From: Hormiphora californensis
Lineage: Eukaryota > Animalia > Ctenophora
Length of the DNA stretch: 64,000 nt
Assembly: GCA_020137815.1 (NCBI GenBank)
Contig: CM035353.1
Coordinates: forward strand, 2,728,001 to 2,792,000
Reading direction: 5' to 3'
Shown: positions 37,674-48,982 of the stretch, piece after piece
Position numbering within the stretch: position 1 is the first letter of the stretch
Layout of the letters: every line of letters begins with the position of its first letter
Notes under the pieces: generated by a model
Database searches by the model: none
What the model saw: only the letters and a program-made list of their open reading frames with translations
Told to the model about the DNA's origin: nothing
Translations under genes and position numbers: made by a program

Positions 37674-38003
37674 CTAAATCAGATCAAGGGCACGGTCACG
37701 CAGATCTTCGAGCGTATTCTCGATACACCCAGGTAGGTTAGATCGGTCTGAACAGTATTCTTGAATCAACCGAAGAAGACGGATTGTATGATTTTCACCA
37801 TAAACCTCCTCTACTTTCTCTCCTGTCAGATTGTAAATCATATCAACTACCATTTCCATCATACACTGTTCGTTCTCTTCGCAGAGTGCTCGAATCTGTT
37901 CAAGAAGGCTTAGCAATGCATCGGTTTCGGTAATCCCTGCAGGTGCCACAAAATGAGAGTTGAATCCAAAGCTCGATAGTAGAATATAAAATAGCACTGC
38001 CAT
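37674..38003 (-). CDS. Small probably secreted 4-Cys protein, distant paralog of 36249-36563
   Basis: ATG at 38003 with a hydrophobic N-terminus. LCEENEQCMMEMVVDMIYNLTGE resembles YCMEEPSCFTEAALDMYYFVAGE. Confidence 0.72.
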   Translation of the reverse strand: MAVLFYILLSSFGFNSHFVAPAGITETDALLSLLEQIRALCEENEQCMMEMVVDMIYNLTGEKVEEVYGENHTIRLLRLIQEYCSDRSNLPGCIENTLEDLRDRALDLI

Positions 38004-38855
38004 TTCTAAAATGTAAACTGGTGACTTAGACCTGGCCCAAATAAAATGAGCAGTAGAGTTTACGGCAATTTTAATTTTTACGGTAGCCGGTGTCTTGGAG
38101 TTTGGACACTGGTGACTGGACACACTTTTCGTTGCGAGAAAAGAGAAAATGGTGATTTTAGTTTGGCATACATGCTACAGACCCTGCATTGCTGATTGCA
38201 GACAGCAGGGGTGTAGGAATGATTTTCAAAGTGGAGGGGCGTTAAGTCACGTGACAAATTATAGCCCTTCTTCCTAAGGCAGCGATTTTCAACGCAGGCA
38301 GTGGCCAGCACTTTTTGAGACTTTAGACTCTGGTTTTTGTGAAAGCTTTGGTCAGAAACGGGCGCCGTTACGATCTGGGTGTTTGGTGGCCTTTTTATAC
38401 AAATACAAATACAAATACAAATATACATTTATTGTCCGCTTTTCATTGTTCATATTTTAAAGAACAACACGAGTTCTGTTAGGTCTTGACTACTTGCATC
38501 ACTTGGTGCGGACTTCGTCTCACTAACTCTCGTTTCAAAAGCGGTTAGTTCTATACCAAGGATTTCCAGATGTTATTTCAAGATGATATTTTTTCTGAAG
38601 GTAGGTCTTGTTAGTTAAACGATATTTAAATCGGATGATGAAATATATAATACTGTCTCTGCTTACTGCAGATTGATAAGATATGCTCTTGGATCTAGGG
38701 ATCCAGAAATAAATACTTTAGCACCAGGGCTTTAGCCCTTAAACAATCGATACTGTCTTATACAACCTGGGTGAGGACTGATGATCCGACTACTTCACCT
38801 GTAGGAGAACCAAGGAGCGGGAGAGAAGTCATACTCGTTGTAGCCTGCATCTCAC

Positions 38856-39180
38856 CACACTGGCTGTACTTCTATAAGTAAAGCCCATCACACTCCACTG
38901 CACCACACCATACCGACTGTACTTCTATAAGTAAAGCCCAACACACTCCACTGCACCACACCATACTGACTGTACTTCTATAAGTAAAGCCCAACACACT
39001 CCACTACACTACACCATACTGGCTTCACTTCTTTAAGTAAAGCCCAACACACTCCACTGCACTACACCATACTGGCTGCACTTCTATAAGTAAAGCCCAA
39101 CACGCTCCACTGCACTACACCATACTGGCTGCACTTCTATAAGTGAAGCCCAACATGCTCCACTGCGCAACACCTCACTG
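38856..39180. repeat. 53-bp tandem repeat, about 6 copies, in the LINE 3' UTR
   Basis: AAGTAAAGCCC recurs every 53 bp. Confidence 0.9.
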
Positions 39181-39562
39181 GAACCCTTCCACCCCCATAC
39201 CCCCAATTTTGGTGTCCATTTATAATTTATATCCCCCTTTTTTCTTTGCCCCTTTTTTGTTGTCTTTTTTTTTTTTTTCTTTTTTTTTTGGATCTTTTCT
39301 GCTTTACTTTTTTTTTTTTTTTCTTTTTTTTTTTGATTTTTTAACCCAGGCTCTTTTTTTTACCGAGTTCTGGAGATCCGTCACATAAAAAGAACAAGTA
39401 TTAAATATAAATTAGTAAGAAAGACCAGTTTAGAAAGAGTGAGTGAAAAGAGTACTGGTCGTTCTAACTTCGCGGTATCACACTCTAATTCGGGATCCTC
39501 AACTCTCTCTCATCTCTCTACTACAATTCTCATAGTATAAATTGTCTTCACACATTGTTTTT

Positions 39563-42418
39563 TTAGCACTCGTATGCCTTTCGGAAGAAGTGGGTTTTCA
39601 GGTTGGATTTGAATGATGTGATGGATGAGCTTTCCCGAAGAGAAGAAGGTAAGCTATTCCATATTTCCGGAGCAGCGACACTAAACGCACCTTTACTCGA
39701 ACAATATCTGGCATAGTTCTTGTCAAGTAAGGTTTTGTCAGCATCCCTTCGTAGACTTTTTAACTTCGGTTGACGGAGTGTTATCATCTTCGATAGGTAA
39801 GGTGGGGCTATACCATTCAGTGTTTTGTATGTCAGTAGACACAACTTGTACTGCACTCTTTCTCGAACGGGTAGGAAATGAAGCTGTTTGCGAAGGTTTG
39901 TGGTGCCTTGGTAGAGGCGTTGTCCAAAGACGAAACGGGCTGCAGAGTTTTGAATCTTCTGTAATCGACCTATGTCTTTGGCAGAAGAACCAGCAAGGAG
40001 GCTGTTACAGTAGTCCAGTCTGCTGTGTATTAAACTGTTAACGAGTTTGACTTTCAGATTAACACCCAACATTCTGTGGATTTTCCAAAGATTCATAAGG
40101 GCTAGTTGACACGTCCTTACGGTTCTGGATACGTGCCCAGATAGGGAGAGCTCTGAGTCCAGAAATACACCAAGGTTCCTTACTAGTGTAAGTGGCTTTG
40201 TAGATTCATGGTTGCTCATCGTTTGAAGGCTTTCAGGGTTTTCTGTTTTATCATGTTTGTTGTTTAACACGATTATTTCAGTTTTGCTGGGGTTGAGTCT
40301 GAGGAAGTTCTTGGACATCCACGCTTTGATGTGGTTTAAGCAACCCTGCAGTTTCGTCTCGAGGTCTAGGAGAGAATCGTTGCTGAAAGAAACATACAAC
40401 TGAGTATCGTCAGCGTAGAGCTCCACCATTAGTCCATAGTGCCTAGCAATACTTTCCAACTCTTTTGTGTACAGAATGAACAACAGTGGTCCAAGTATAG
40501 AGCCCTGTGGCACTCCGATGTTGATGGCTAAGGGCGAGGATGTAGAGGTCTCAATTTTCACAGAAGCTTTCCTATCTTTGAGGTAGGAGGCAAACCATTC
40601 AAGGGCAGTACCTTCAACGCCATAATTCCTCCTCAGTTTCCCAAGTAACAATTCATGGTTAATCGTGTCGAAAGCAGCACTGAGGTCTAGCAATACAAGT
40701 ACCGCCTTCGACTTCGTGTCTGTAATTAGAAGAAGATCATTCACTACTTTTACCAGTGTGGTCTCGGTGCTATGATGTTTCCGGTACGCCGATTGAACTC
40801 CTGGAAACAGTTCGTTCGTCTCAAGGTGCTCCGTAAGCTGTATAGACGCACATTTTTCAATTAGCTTGGATATAAAAGCTAAGTTGGATACCGGTCTGTA
40901 GTTATTTAGTTCTTCCGGGCTTCCTTTCTTCTTGAACGAGGGTCGAATCAGTGATTGCTTCAGCTGTTCAGGAACTAAACCTTCTTGTAGGCTTTTGTTG
41001 ACAATGTCAGAGATAAGAGGAAGTAACTTCGGGAGAACACCTACGAGTTTGCTGGTAGGGATAGGATCGAGATCACAGTGCTTTTTCTCCATAGATTGAA
41101 TTATAGCACTGAGTTCCTCTTCAGTTACTTTACGGAAGGATGAAAATGTGGCACCAGTGTAGTCAGTTTGTGGTAGTTCTGGCAATGGTTCAGATTGTTC
41201 GTTTTCAACTCTGATCGTCTCGTAGATATCCTCGATTTTCGATTTGAAGAAAGTGCCAAAGTTTTCTGCTGTTTCACTCGAAGAATTCCCGTTAGGAAGC
41301 TCCTGTGGGATCTTGTCTTTTCCCAGTAGTTTGTTGATTAACCCACTGACAGCAGCTGGATCATCAGCCACGTAGTCAAGCTTTCCACGATAGAAATTTA
41401 TCCTGGTTTTCATGAGAAATCTGGATGTTTCTTTCATAGCTTTATTCAGAGCTGTTCTAGCTTCTTTGTGTTCTTCTTTCTTCGTGGAGTCTTTCAAGGT
41501 CGTCTTCAGAGCTCTTTCTCGTGTCCTGCGGGAGGTTTTAGCTTCCTCACATAGAGTATCATACCAAGGTGGGTGATCCGAGTCTTTAATAACCTTTTCC
41601 TGTAGTGGAGCTATCTCATCCCGTATTTCTCGAAGTGAGACGTTGTACAGGTTGAGACACCCTTCCAGTGTAGAGGGACGTGGGATTGACATCAGCTGTG
41701 ACTCATCTATTTTCATAGATAGGACCTCAACAGTGAGCTTTTTCATGTTTCTGCACAGAACAGCTTTTCTTTCTTGCTGAATTGGTTTTCCGACGTGTAA
41801 GTAGAATGTGACAGCATAATGGTCTGAAACGGAGGATTTTGCAACCTCGACTGCACTAATCCTAGGTGAAGCTTCATCATCTCTGCTTATCACTAAGTCC
41901 AATGTACCGCCACTTTCGTGGGTTGGATCCTCGACATGCTGTGTCCATCTCTCATCTACAAGCAAATCACGGAAGGAGTTTGAAGTATGATCATCGTCAT
42001 CCTCAGTATGGATATTGAAATCGCCCAAGATAACAGGGTGTCCACTGAGGCCGTTTAGTGACGATATGTACTCTTCGAATTCTGCCAAGAAATCCTTTTT
42101 GGAAGAGGAAGGAGGTCTGTATACCACCACCAATCTAGTTTTCTGAAGATGCCCGCCTTCGATCGTAGCTTCGATACATTCAAAAGTTGTTGGTTTGTTC
42201 TTAGTCTTGATAGGTATTACACGTAATGCTTTCCTCGCTAAGATAGCGACGCCGCCTCCTCTTGCCCCTCTTGCCGAACTATAGAGATTGTATCCTAGTT
42301 CCTTCATCAGTGCAGGGGTGACTACGTCACCGTCTTCTAGCCAGGTTTCTGTCAAACCGAGTACGTCAAGGTCAAGATCGCAGCACGCCCCGTAGATTTC
42401 ACCAAGTTTGTTGTTCAT
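39563..42418 (-). CDS. LINE ORF2: AP endonuclease plus reverse transcriptase
   Basis: LTETWL, GDFN and SDH (APE); NYRPVS, DLSAAFD, GVPQGSILGP and YADD (RT). Confidence 0.97.
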   Translation of the reverse strand: MNNKLGEIYGACCDLDLDVLGLTETWLEDGDVVTPALMKELGYNLYSSARGARGGGVAILARKALRVIPIKTKNKPTTFECIEATIEGGHLQKTRLVVVYRPPSSSKKDFLAEFEEYISSLNGLSGHPVILGDFNIHTEDDDDHTSNSFRDLLVDERWTQHVEDPTHESGGTLDLVISRDDEASPRISAVEVAKSSVSDHYAVTFYLHVGKPIQQERKAVLCRNMKKLTVEVLSMKIDESQLMSIPRPSTLEGCLNLYNVSLREIRDEIAPLQEKVIKDSDHPPWYDTLCEEAKTSRRTRERALKTTLKDSTKKEEHKEARTALNKAMKETSRFLMKTRINFYRGKLDYVADDPAAVSGLINKLLGKDKIPQELPNGNSSSETAENFGTFFKSKIEDIYETIRVENEQSEPLPELPQTDYTGATFSSFRKVTEEELSAIIQSMEKKHCDLDPIPTSKLVGVLPKLLPLISDIVNKSLQEGLVPEQLKQSLIRPSFKKKGSPEELNNYRPVSNLAFISKLIEKCASIQLTEHLETNELFPGVQSAYRKHHSTETTLVKVVNDLLLITDTKSKAVLVLLDLSAAFDTINHELLLGKLRRNYGVEGTALEWFASYLKDRKASVKIETSTSSPLAINIGVPQGSILGPLLFILYTKELESIARHYGLMVELYADDTQLYVSFSNDSLLDLETKLQGCLNHIKAWMSKNFLRLNPSKTEIIVLNNKHDKTENPESLQTMSNHESTKPLTLVRNLGVFLDSELSLSGHVSRTVRTCQLALMNLWKIHRMLGVNLKVKLVNSLIHSRLDYCNSLLAGSSAKDIGRLQKIQNSAARFVFGQRLYQGTTNLRKQLHFLPVRERVQYKLCLLTYKTLNGIAPPYLSKMITLRQPKLKSLRRDADKTLLDKNYARYCSSKGAFSVAAPEIWNSLPSSLRESSSITSFKSNLKTHFFRKAYEC

Positions 42419-42429
42419 CGATCTGCAGT

Positions 42430-43977
42430 TTAGATTGCCGTATTTGAGAGCAAGGTGCTGCGTTGACGGTAGTTTTTTGAAATACGATCATAGTGCTCTT
42501 TGTACGTTGGGCATTTAGGTGAGCCAGCATGGTGAGGTTGAACATCTGAGGAGAGTCCTGAATTGTTGATACAGTTTTTACAGCGGTGTTTCTCAGTGTC
42601 CTCTTTCAGTGAACAGCTTTCAGTAGAATGCTCTTCTGCACAATACATACATGTCGCTGGATGGGATTTCTTCGGGCATTTATCAGGGTAGTGGCCAAGG
42701 GCTTGGCAGTGAGGACATCTCTTGATGTGTACACGATGAGACACTCTGACGGAAGACATTTGGAAGAAGACCCTACCGTCAGACATAAGCTTGTCCTTCA
42801 GCTGCACTGGTAGTTTCAGGACAACTGTGGCTAGGTCCGGGTCTGTATGCATGCGTTTGAAATAGACAACGGAAAGGTCTTTGCAGGTTCTCAGAACTTC
42901 ATTCTTCGCTGTTAGCTTTTCGAGACAGAATTTTCTACATTCCTCCGTTGTGGCATCTCTTGGGAGTGACTCAACAGGGACAAACCTGAGTTCTACTTTT
43001 GACATTACCTCAGCGGACACTCTGGCAGTTTGCTCTAGCACTCCTGCAGTCTTCAAACATTCTGTGGCCAATTGTTGACATTCCTCATTGGGAAACCACA
43101 CTCTTACCGAGGAAGAAAAGTTCCTTGCTTGAGAGATAGGTATATTTTCCAAGGCTTTGTCGATAGCATTCCTCGTCTCCTTCACATCATCACAGTGGAT
43201 CGTCAATCGAGGCTGGGGTGGAAGTACTTTTCTCGGTGTAACCTTAGGAGGGGTTTGGTTTTGGACACCTGAACGAGTTGTATCATTGTTAGTTCTGTCG
43301 GTGGATGTTGTGCCGGTGCGTTGAAGTGAGGAGCTACTGTTGGATGAGGATAGCGGTGGAAAATGTTCATTGTTCAAGATGCCCATAGTGGTTTCAGATT
43401 GAACGGGAGTGGTTGTTGGTTGCCATGCGTTAACAGTTGAATCAAGGTGAGAGTTGTTATGGATGTTTGATTGGTCAGCCATCAGTTTAGCTGCTTTAGT
43501 CGCAATAGCGTCAAACAAGGGACTACCGGCTCGAAGAAGCTGGGCAGTAACGATACACTCCGGGCAAACCCAGTCATCAACGCATAAAAGGCCCTCTTCA
43601 GAGATTTCAAGGAATTTGCTCAGGGATTTCAAGCTAACGCACTCGTCATGGTAGCAGCATTTGCACGTGATACACTTGATCATACGCCCACTTGATTTGG
43701 TCCCATTGCATAGACATTGTTGAGCGGATGTGAAATGGCGTGGAGTTTGAATTGGCATTGAAAAGTTATTGGTTCGTGGAGGCGTTGATAGATGATTTGC
43801 AGGGTTGGGATGGGCAAGGGTTTGGACAGTGATTGCCTTAGGGGTGGTGGTTGGATCATCGAACGGTGAAAATTCCGTCCCACTTCTTGTCGTGGACATG
43901 ATGGATATGCAGGATTCACTAGTGGAGTGGGGATCGAGGGGATTGTGTGTACTCACAGTTGTCGTTGTTGGCTGCAA
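42430..43977 (-). CDS. LINE ORF1 with PHD finger and CCHC knuckles
   Basis: CLC..MIKCITCKCCYHDEC..WVCPEC; CPHCQALGHYPDKC; CMYCAEEHSTESC. The true start is probably a downstream ATG. Confidence 0.9.
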   Translation of the reverse strand: MQPTTTTVSTHNPLDPHSTSESCISIMSTTRSGTEFSPFDDPTTTPKAITVQTLAHPNPANHLSTPPRTNNFSMPIQTPRHFTSAQQCLCNGTKSSGRMIKCITCKCCYHDECVSLKSLSKFLEISEEGLLCVDDWVCPECIVTAQLLRAGSPLFDAIATKAAKLMADQSNIHNNSHLDSTVNAWQPTTTPVQSETTMGILNNEHFPPLSSSNSSSSLQRTGTTSTDRTNNDTTRSGVQNQTPPKVTPRKVLPPQPRLTIHCDDVKETRNAIDKALENIPISQARNFSSSVRVWFPNEECQQLATECLKTAGVLEQTARVSAEVMSKVELRFVPVESLPRDATTEECRKFCLEKLTAKNEVLRTCKDLSVVYFKRMHTDPDLATVVLKLPVQLKDKLMSDGRVFFQMSSVRVSHRVHIKRCPHCQALGHYPDKCPKKSHPATCMYCAEEHSTESCSLKEDTEKHRCKNCINNSGLSSDVQPHHAGSPKCPTYKEHYDRISKNYRQRSTLLSNTAI

Positions 43978-44069
43978 AAGGAGTAGATACCAGTGACTTG
44001 ATCGTAATTATCACAGGATATCACAGGTTATCTCAGGTTATCGACGTATCACATATCTATGGCTTTCGC

Positions 44070-44106
44070 CTCAAATTAATTTGTTTAAAGTAGTGTTGAA
44101 AAGTTT
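44070..44106 (-). other. Spliced-leader-like sequence at the LINE 5' end
   Basis: AAACTTTTCAACACTACTTTAAACAAATTAATTTGAG, identical to 50316-50352. Confidence 0.75.
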
Positions 44107-44124
44107 GAAACGCTGCCAAAAAAG

Positions 44125-44207
44125 CTGTCTGGCGCCGCGACCCATCTGAGCGCACTGTCGCCATACCCAATTTGAGAATCAAATGGGGTACGGCGCCGCT
44201 CATACAG
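44125..44207. mobile_element. Small MITE with 8-bp TSD
   Basis: CAAAAAAG at 44117-44124 and 44208-44215; a related copy lies at 27369-27442. Confidence 0.7.
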
Positions 44208-44871
44208 CAAAAAAGTTGATATACTAATCACTAAAACGGCTCTAACCGCCGAACCACTCAACCGTTTTGGCTAATTCAAAGTTTATCTGGTAGGGAATGT
44301 CAAGGCCTAATCCCAACCCAAATCCTAACCCTACTTTAGCCCTAACCCTAAAAAACCGTTTGTCAACTCAGCACTCACGAAACACCTATTAATATTTTTT
44401 AATAAATAGCAATCCGACACCACGCACACCACGATCGGTCACAGAGTGAACCTGCAAAGTGGTACAACACCGAAGTGTCGAGAGTACCCTCGTATCCATC
44501 ACAAGTTTACAAGTTTACAAAGTTAGATTCGGCATACAATGCATTATAAAGACAAATATACCACGTTCTCAGCATGATGCTTCTACGTACAATGATGTGA
44601 ATGATGCAGTGACCAACATACACTACCCAGGGGGGAGCAGTGTAACCAATGAGTTGTCGTTGGGACTCCTGTAGCCCCGAACTGGAGGGTGATCAGGTAT
44701 ACCATCCAGGAACTTGCCGAGAGAAACTTTGAGATCCTCTAGTGTTTCGCATCTTCGAACTTCTTTCGGCATCCTATTGAAGAGCTTGACTGACCTCACT
44801 GAGAATGATCCTTCCCTGATGGTCTCAATTGAATCTTGGGCCGAAGTGTAAAGGTCCGGGTATTCAGCTAG

Positions 44872-45802
44872 CACGGTGCTCCTGAAGGACGGTCAACCTC
44901 GACCAGAGCCCCTAGCCAAACCACCGGTTGTGTGACCTAGAGGGGACCTCTGGGAACCGTGGAGCACCGGTTAGAAAAATATCTGGCGGGGGCCTTCGCC
45001 GGAAAATTGATAGAACGATAGCTATCGTTTTTTTCACTTGAACAATACGACCTTTTCAAAAATGATTCCTTGATCAGCAAGATATAGTGTACCCCCACCT
45101 ATTTTTTGACGTAGAATCGAATGCCGTTGAAGTCAAATCTCTAAAATGTTGGAAAAATGGTGAAAATCGCGTTTTAAGGTGTTTTTTGGTGAAAAAAGCG
45201 TTCAAACTGGTACTAGATGATGAGATAGAGTCCCAAAAGTATGATAAATCGCTTTTTTGGGACCTTGTCGCCCTAGAAACAAATTTTCATGGCGTTTGGG
45301 TGATACATTTTATCTCGGTAATCCTCTGAAGTAGGTAGAAATAGCCAAAATATAGCGATTGCGGCAAATTAAAGTGATTAAACGTTTACTAACCCCACTT
45401 TAGCATCATGTATGACCTATCTCTGGGCTACTGGACTATGCAAGAGCCACCGTTCAACTTAACAGGTACTTACTTTTGTATCCTCATACTGCGTTCATTC
45501 ATTCCCCGTCATAGTGTCTAATGCAGGAAGAGATGTTACTTGTGTTTTGCAGTTATTTAACGTTTGGGAAAGGGTAAGTTACATATTCCGACCTATCCAA
45601 CTTCTAAACTATCTATAGCCTCGGGAAAATAAATATTCTATTACACAAACACAAATACAAATACAAAAAGCTACTGCCTGACATATAAACTACCACATCA
45701 AATATCAAGAAACTTAAGAAAATTGAAAAGAATAATATTGGTCAAACAGCGAATTTCTATACATGCCAAATTATCAACAAGATAAAGAAAGGGAGGGAGA
45801 GA

Positions 45803-45848
<46 letters not shown>

Positions 45849-46215
45849 CAGGGCGGCCGTACAGGGGTTCCGAGACTCCCTCACGGCACTCCGACAGTAC
45901 CATGGCACGTCGACGACAACGAAGTTCCATGTAATTCAGGAACATCTTACAGAGTTCATTGACTTCAACAGTAATAGGCCATTAGGACTGTTCTCCGAAC
46001 AGGAGTTAGAAAACTCGCACTCCAGCTGGTTCAAGCTCTGGGCAAACTATAGAGTTAATGATTTAAGTTCGTCCCTATTCAAAAGTCAATTGTTAAAAGC
46101 GGGACTGGCTTACAATGCCATGCATATATAGCATTGGACATTATTCTTTTCAATTTTCTTGAGTTTCTTGATATTTGATGTGGTAGTTTATATGTCAGGC
46201 AGTAGCTTTTTGTAT
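44872..46215. mobile_element. Rearranged Chapaev-like DNA transposon remnant inserted in the CR1 ORF2
   Basis: Begins CACGG. 45085-45150 resembles 28860-28922. It contains a transposase fragment flanked by ~75-bp inverted repeats (45662-45736 and 46140-46214). Confidence 0.65.
45845..46131 (+). pseudogene. C-terminal fragment of a Chapaev/CMC-type DDE transposase
   Basis: TTKFHVIQEH...LGLFSEQELENSH matches the KxH..H / LG..SEQ..E..H pattern around the catalytic Glu. Confidence 0.65.
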
Positions 46216-48962
46216 CGCCGTGGATGAACCTTGAATGACTCGTCCACGGGCCTGGTGGTATGGTTCGGGACGAGTCCATGATATACTTTCCAGAGATGGA
46301 TTATCATGAATCGCTCCCGTCGCCGTTGAAGTGACTGGATCCCCAGGAACTTGAGCCTCTCCCAGTAGTCCATCCCGATGCACTCCTCGATCCGCCGCGT
46401 AAAGAATCTCTGGACTCCCTCGAGCTTAGCGATGTTACTAATCGTCGTGGGAGACCAGAGAGCCGAACAGTATTCTAGCTTTGGCCTGACCAATGCCTTG
46501 AAAAGTGTTATCATCGTTCGTTTCGACCGGTTTCTGAACACTCCGAGGGCCCATCCAGCGATCCTCTTGGCCTCTGTTGCGATGGTTGCGATGTGGAAAT
46601 CGAACTTTCCATCCTCTGTCAGGTATATCCCAAGGTCTTTTACTCCGAATTCTGCTTCGATGATATCTCCGTTCGGGTTGAAGTAGAAATAGCATTCAGC
46701 ATTGAAAGGTAGATCTCTCAGTGGCTTCGTGGAGTTTAACCTGTAATTCAGGACCTGAAACTTTTTCTCGTGGAGAGCCATGTTGTTCTTCCGGCTCCAC
46801 TCCTCTATCAAGTTCAAGTCTCTCTGGAGGCTGTCCCTATCGTTCAGGTCCCTGATATCTTGACCAATCTTGGTATCATCAGCGAAAGTTCCAAGTTTTC
46901 CGGTCGTTCCTGATACCAGATCGGTAATGTAGATAATGAACAATAGTGGGCCCAAGACTGATCCTTGAATGACACTGCTGATCACCGCCTCCATCCTCGA
47001 TCTGCATCCTTCCAATACGACAGTCTGCGATCTTCCTGTGAGAAAAGCTTGTATCCACATGAAGAGCTTCCCAGTTACTCCATACCTTTGAAGCTTTTGA
47101 AGAAGGACTTGAATATCAACTTTGTCAAAAGCCTTCTCAAAATCTATGTAGGCTACGTCTACTTCTAGTCCACTGTTCAGACTCTCCAGAATCGTGTCGT
47201 AGTGTAACAGTAGCTGTGTGAGACAGCTCCGACCAGCCCGAAAACCATGCTGCTCCTCATTCAGGATTCCACTGTTCTCCACATAGTCCGAAAGTTGTGT
47301 CCTCACTACTCTCTCAAATGTCTTGACCAGATGCGAAGTTAGTGCAACTGGGCGGTAGTTCTCTGGTTGACATTTGTTGCCCTTCTTGAAAATTGGGGCA
47401 ATCTGCTGCTCCTTGAGTTGTTGAGGTATAAAGCCGGCCTCAAATGAGCGACTCCAGAGTTTCCATAACGGGTATGCCAGTACTCCTCTGCAGTCGTGGA
47501 GAATCTTTGCGGGAATATCTCCATCCGGTGCAGCAGAATGAGGATTCAGTTCCGCAAGGGCCTCCTCGATAGTAGATGGGTTAAAGATGATTTCTGAGAT
47601 GCTCTCCTGTCGTTGAGCTATCCCCTCTAGGGCCTCGTCCACATCGACTGTTGTTGGGTCACTGAAAACCTTGACATACTGGTCCTGAAGGAGTTCAGCT
47701 TTCAGGACAGGGTCATCAGTCAGCGTGCCGTCTTCCTTCAGAAGGGGACCCACGTTTGTCTTGACTTTTCTCTTATTCTTGGCATAAGAGAAAAAGTACT
47801 TAGGGTTCTCCTTGATCTTCGAAACAGCTTCATCCTCTTCAGAGTTGATCTGCTGCAGAAGATGTTGTCGAATTTCTTCCACACATCTCTGCACACGAGC
47901 AAGTAGTTTCTCGATCCTTGACGGGCTTGCTTTCTCGCTCCTCCTCTTCTTGATCTGCCTATTTAGCCGTCTCCGCTTTGATTTTAATTTAATGAGTATC
48001 CTATCTTTCTCAGGATGCCTCCTAGGCCCTTTTTTCGTGGGCGAGTAATGGCAGGTCACCTGTAGGACTGTAAGGGTCAGGAGGTGAGTGAATGCGGTGA
48101 TTGGATCGTGATTCTCAGCTCTTTCACACTCATTCCACAAAACATCCCAATCAATCTCTCCCAATTTCTCTCGTATCATATTCATATCTCCCCTATGAAG
48201 GTTGATACCCGAAAAAGACTGAGGATCTATAAGTCCCTTTTTACCCTCAGATCTCCGTGTCAGGTTATAACCCAACACTCCTGTAACAGTCTTGTGATCA
48301 GAGATTATCTCTGTCTCCTCTACGTCCGTAAACACAAAATAGTTTGGCCTATTCGTGAGGATAATATCAAGAACATTCGACCCCCTCGTTGGTTTCACCA
48401 CTACTTGGGTGAGGAAATTCGCTTGACAGAATAGATCCGTCGATGCACAGTTCCGATCTCCCTCGATGTGCTCCCAATTATGATGAGGGAGGTTTAGGTC
48501 TCCCAGTATGAATAAATCAGGCGCCGCCTTTCCCCTGGAACATTTCTCGATGAAGCCCTCGAGCACCTCTAGCAAGTAGTGATACTCTCCAGTTCGGTAG
48601 ATGGACCCAATCACGGTGTGTGAATTAGACAGATACACCGCCGCGACATTATTGTTGTCGTCTCCCCAGGAAAAGTCCTCTGTAACTGTGAGAGAGTTGT
48701 TGATGTAGAGTGCTGAACCTCCTCCTCCTCTTGTCTCGCGATCCGATCTGTAGAGCGAGTAACCCGGGACATTGACTTCTGCGTCACAGACTCTGCCATC
48801 CCACCAAGTTTCCGTCAGGGCTAAAGCCATGATTGGGAAGTCTGGGTCAGTCAGTTGGTCCCGTATATACCTCATTTTCCACTTCACGCTGCTAGCAGCC
48901 GAGGGGTTGAGGCTCCTGCCGTTGATGAGGAGCAGCTTGGAGAAGTCTATCCTGCTCCCCAT
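46215..48962 (-). CDS. CR1-like ORF2 (APE plus RT); its C-terminus continues at 44623-44870
   Basis: LTETW, GDLN, SDH, NYRPVALTS, DFEKAFDKV, QGSVLGP and FADD. Confidence 0.95.
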
Positions 48963-48982
48963 TCCGGCTGGGCAAGCTGCCT

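Larger units (their letters stand above)
38392..44110 (-). mobile_element. Full-length non-LTR retrotransposon, L2/CR1 group (L2-like)
   Basis: ORF1 and ORF2 are intact. The 3' end has AATAAA and a (TATTTG)n tail at about 38392-38435. The 5' end is a leader-like sequence. It splits a MITE into 38360-38391 and 44114 onward. Confidence 0.88.
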
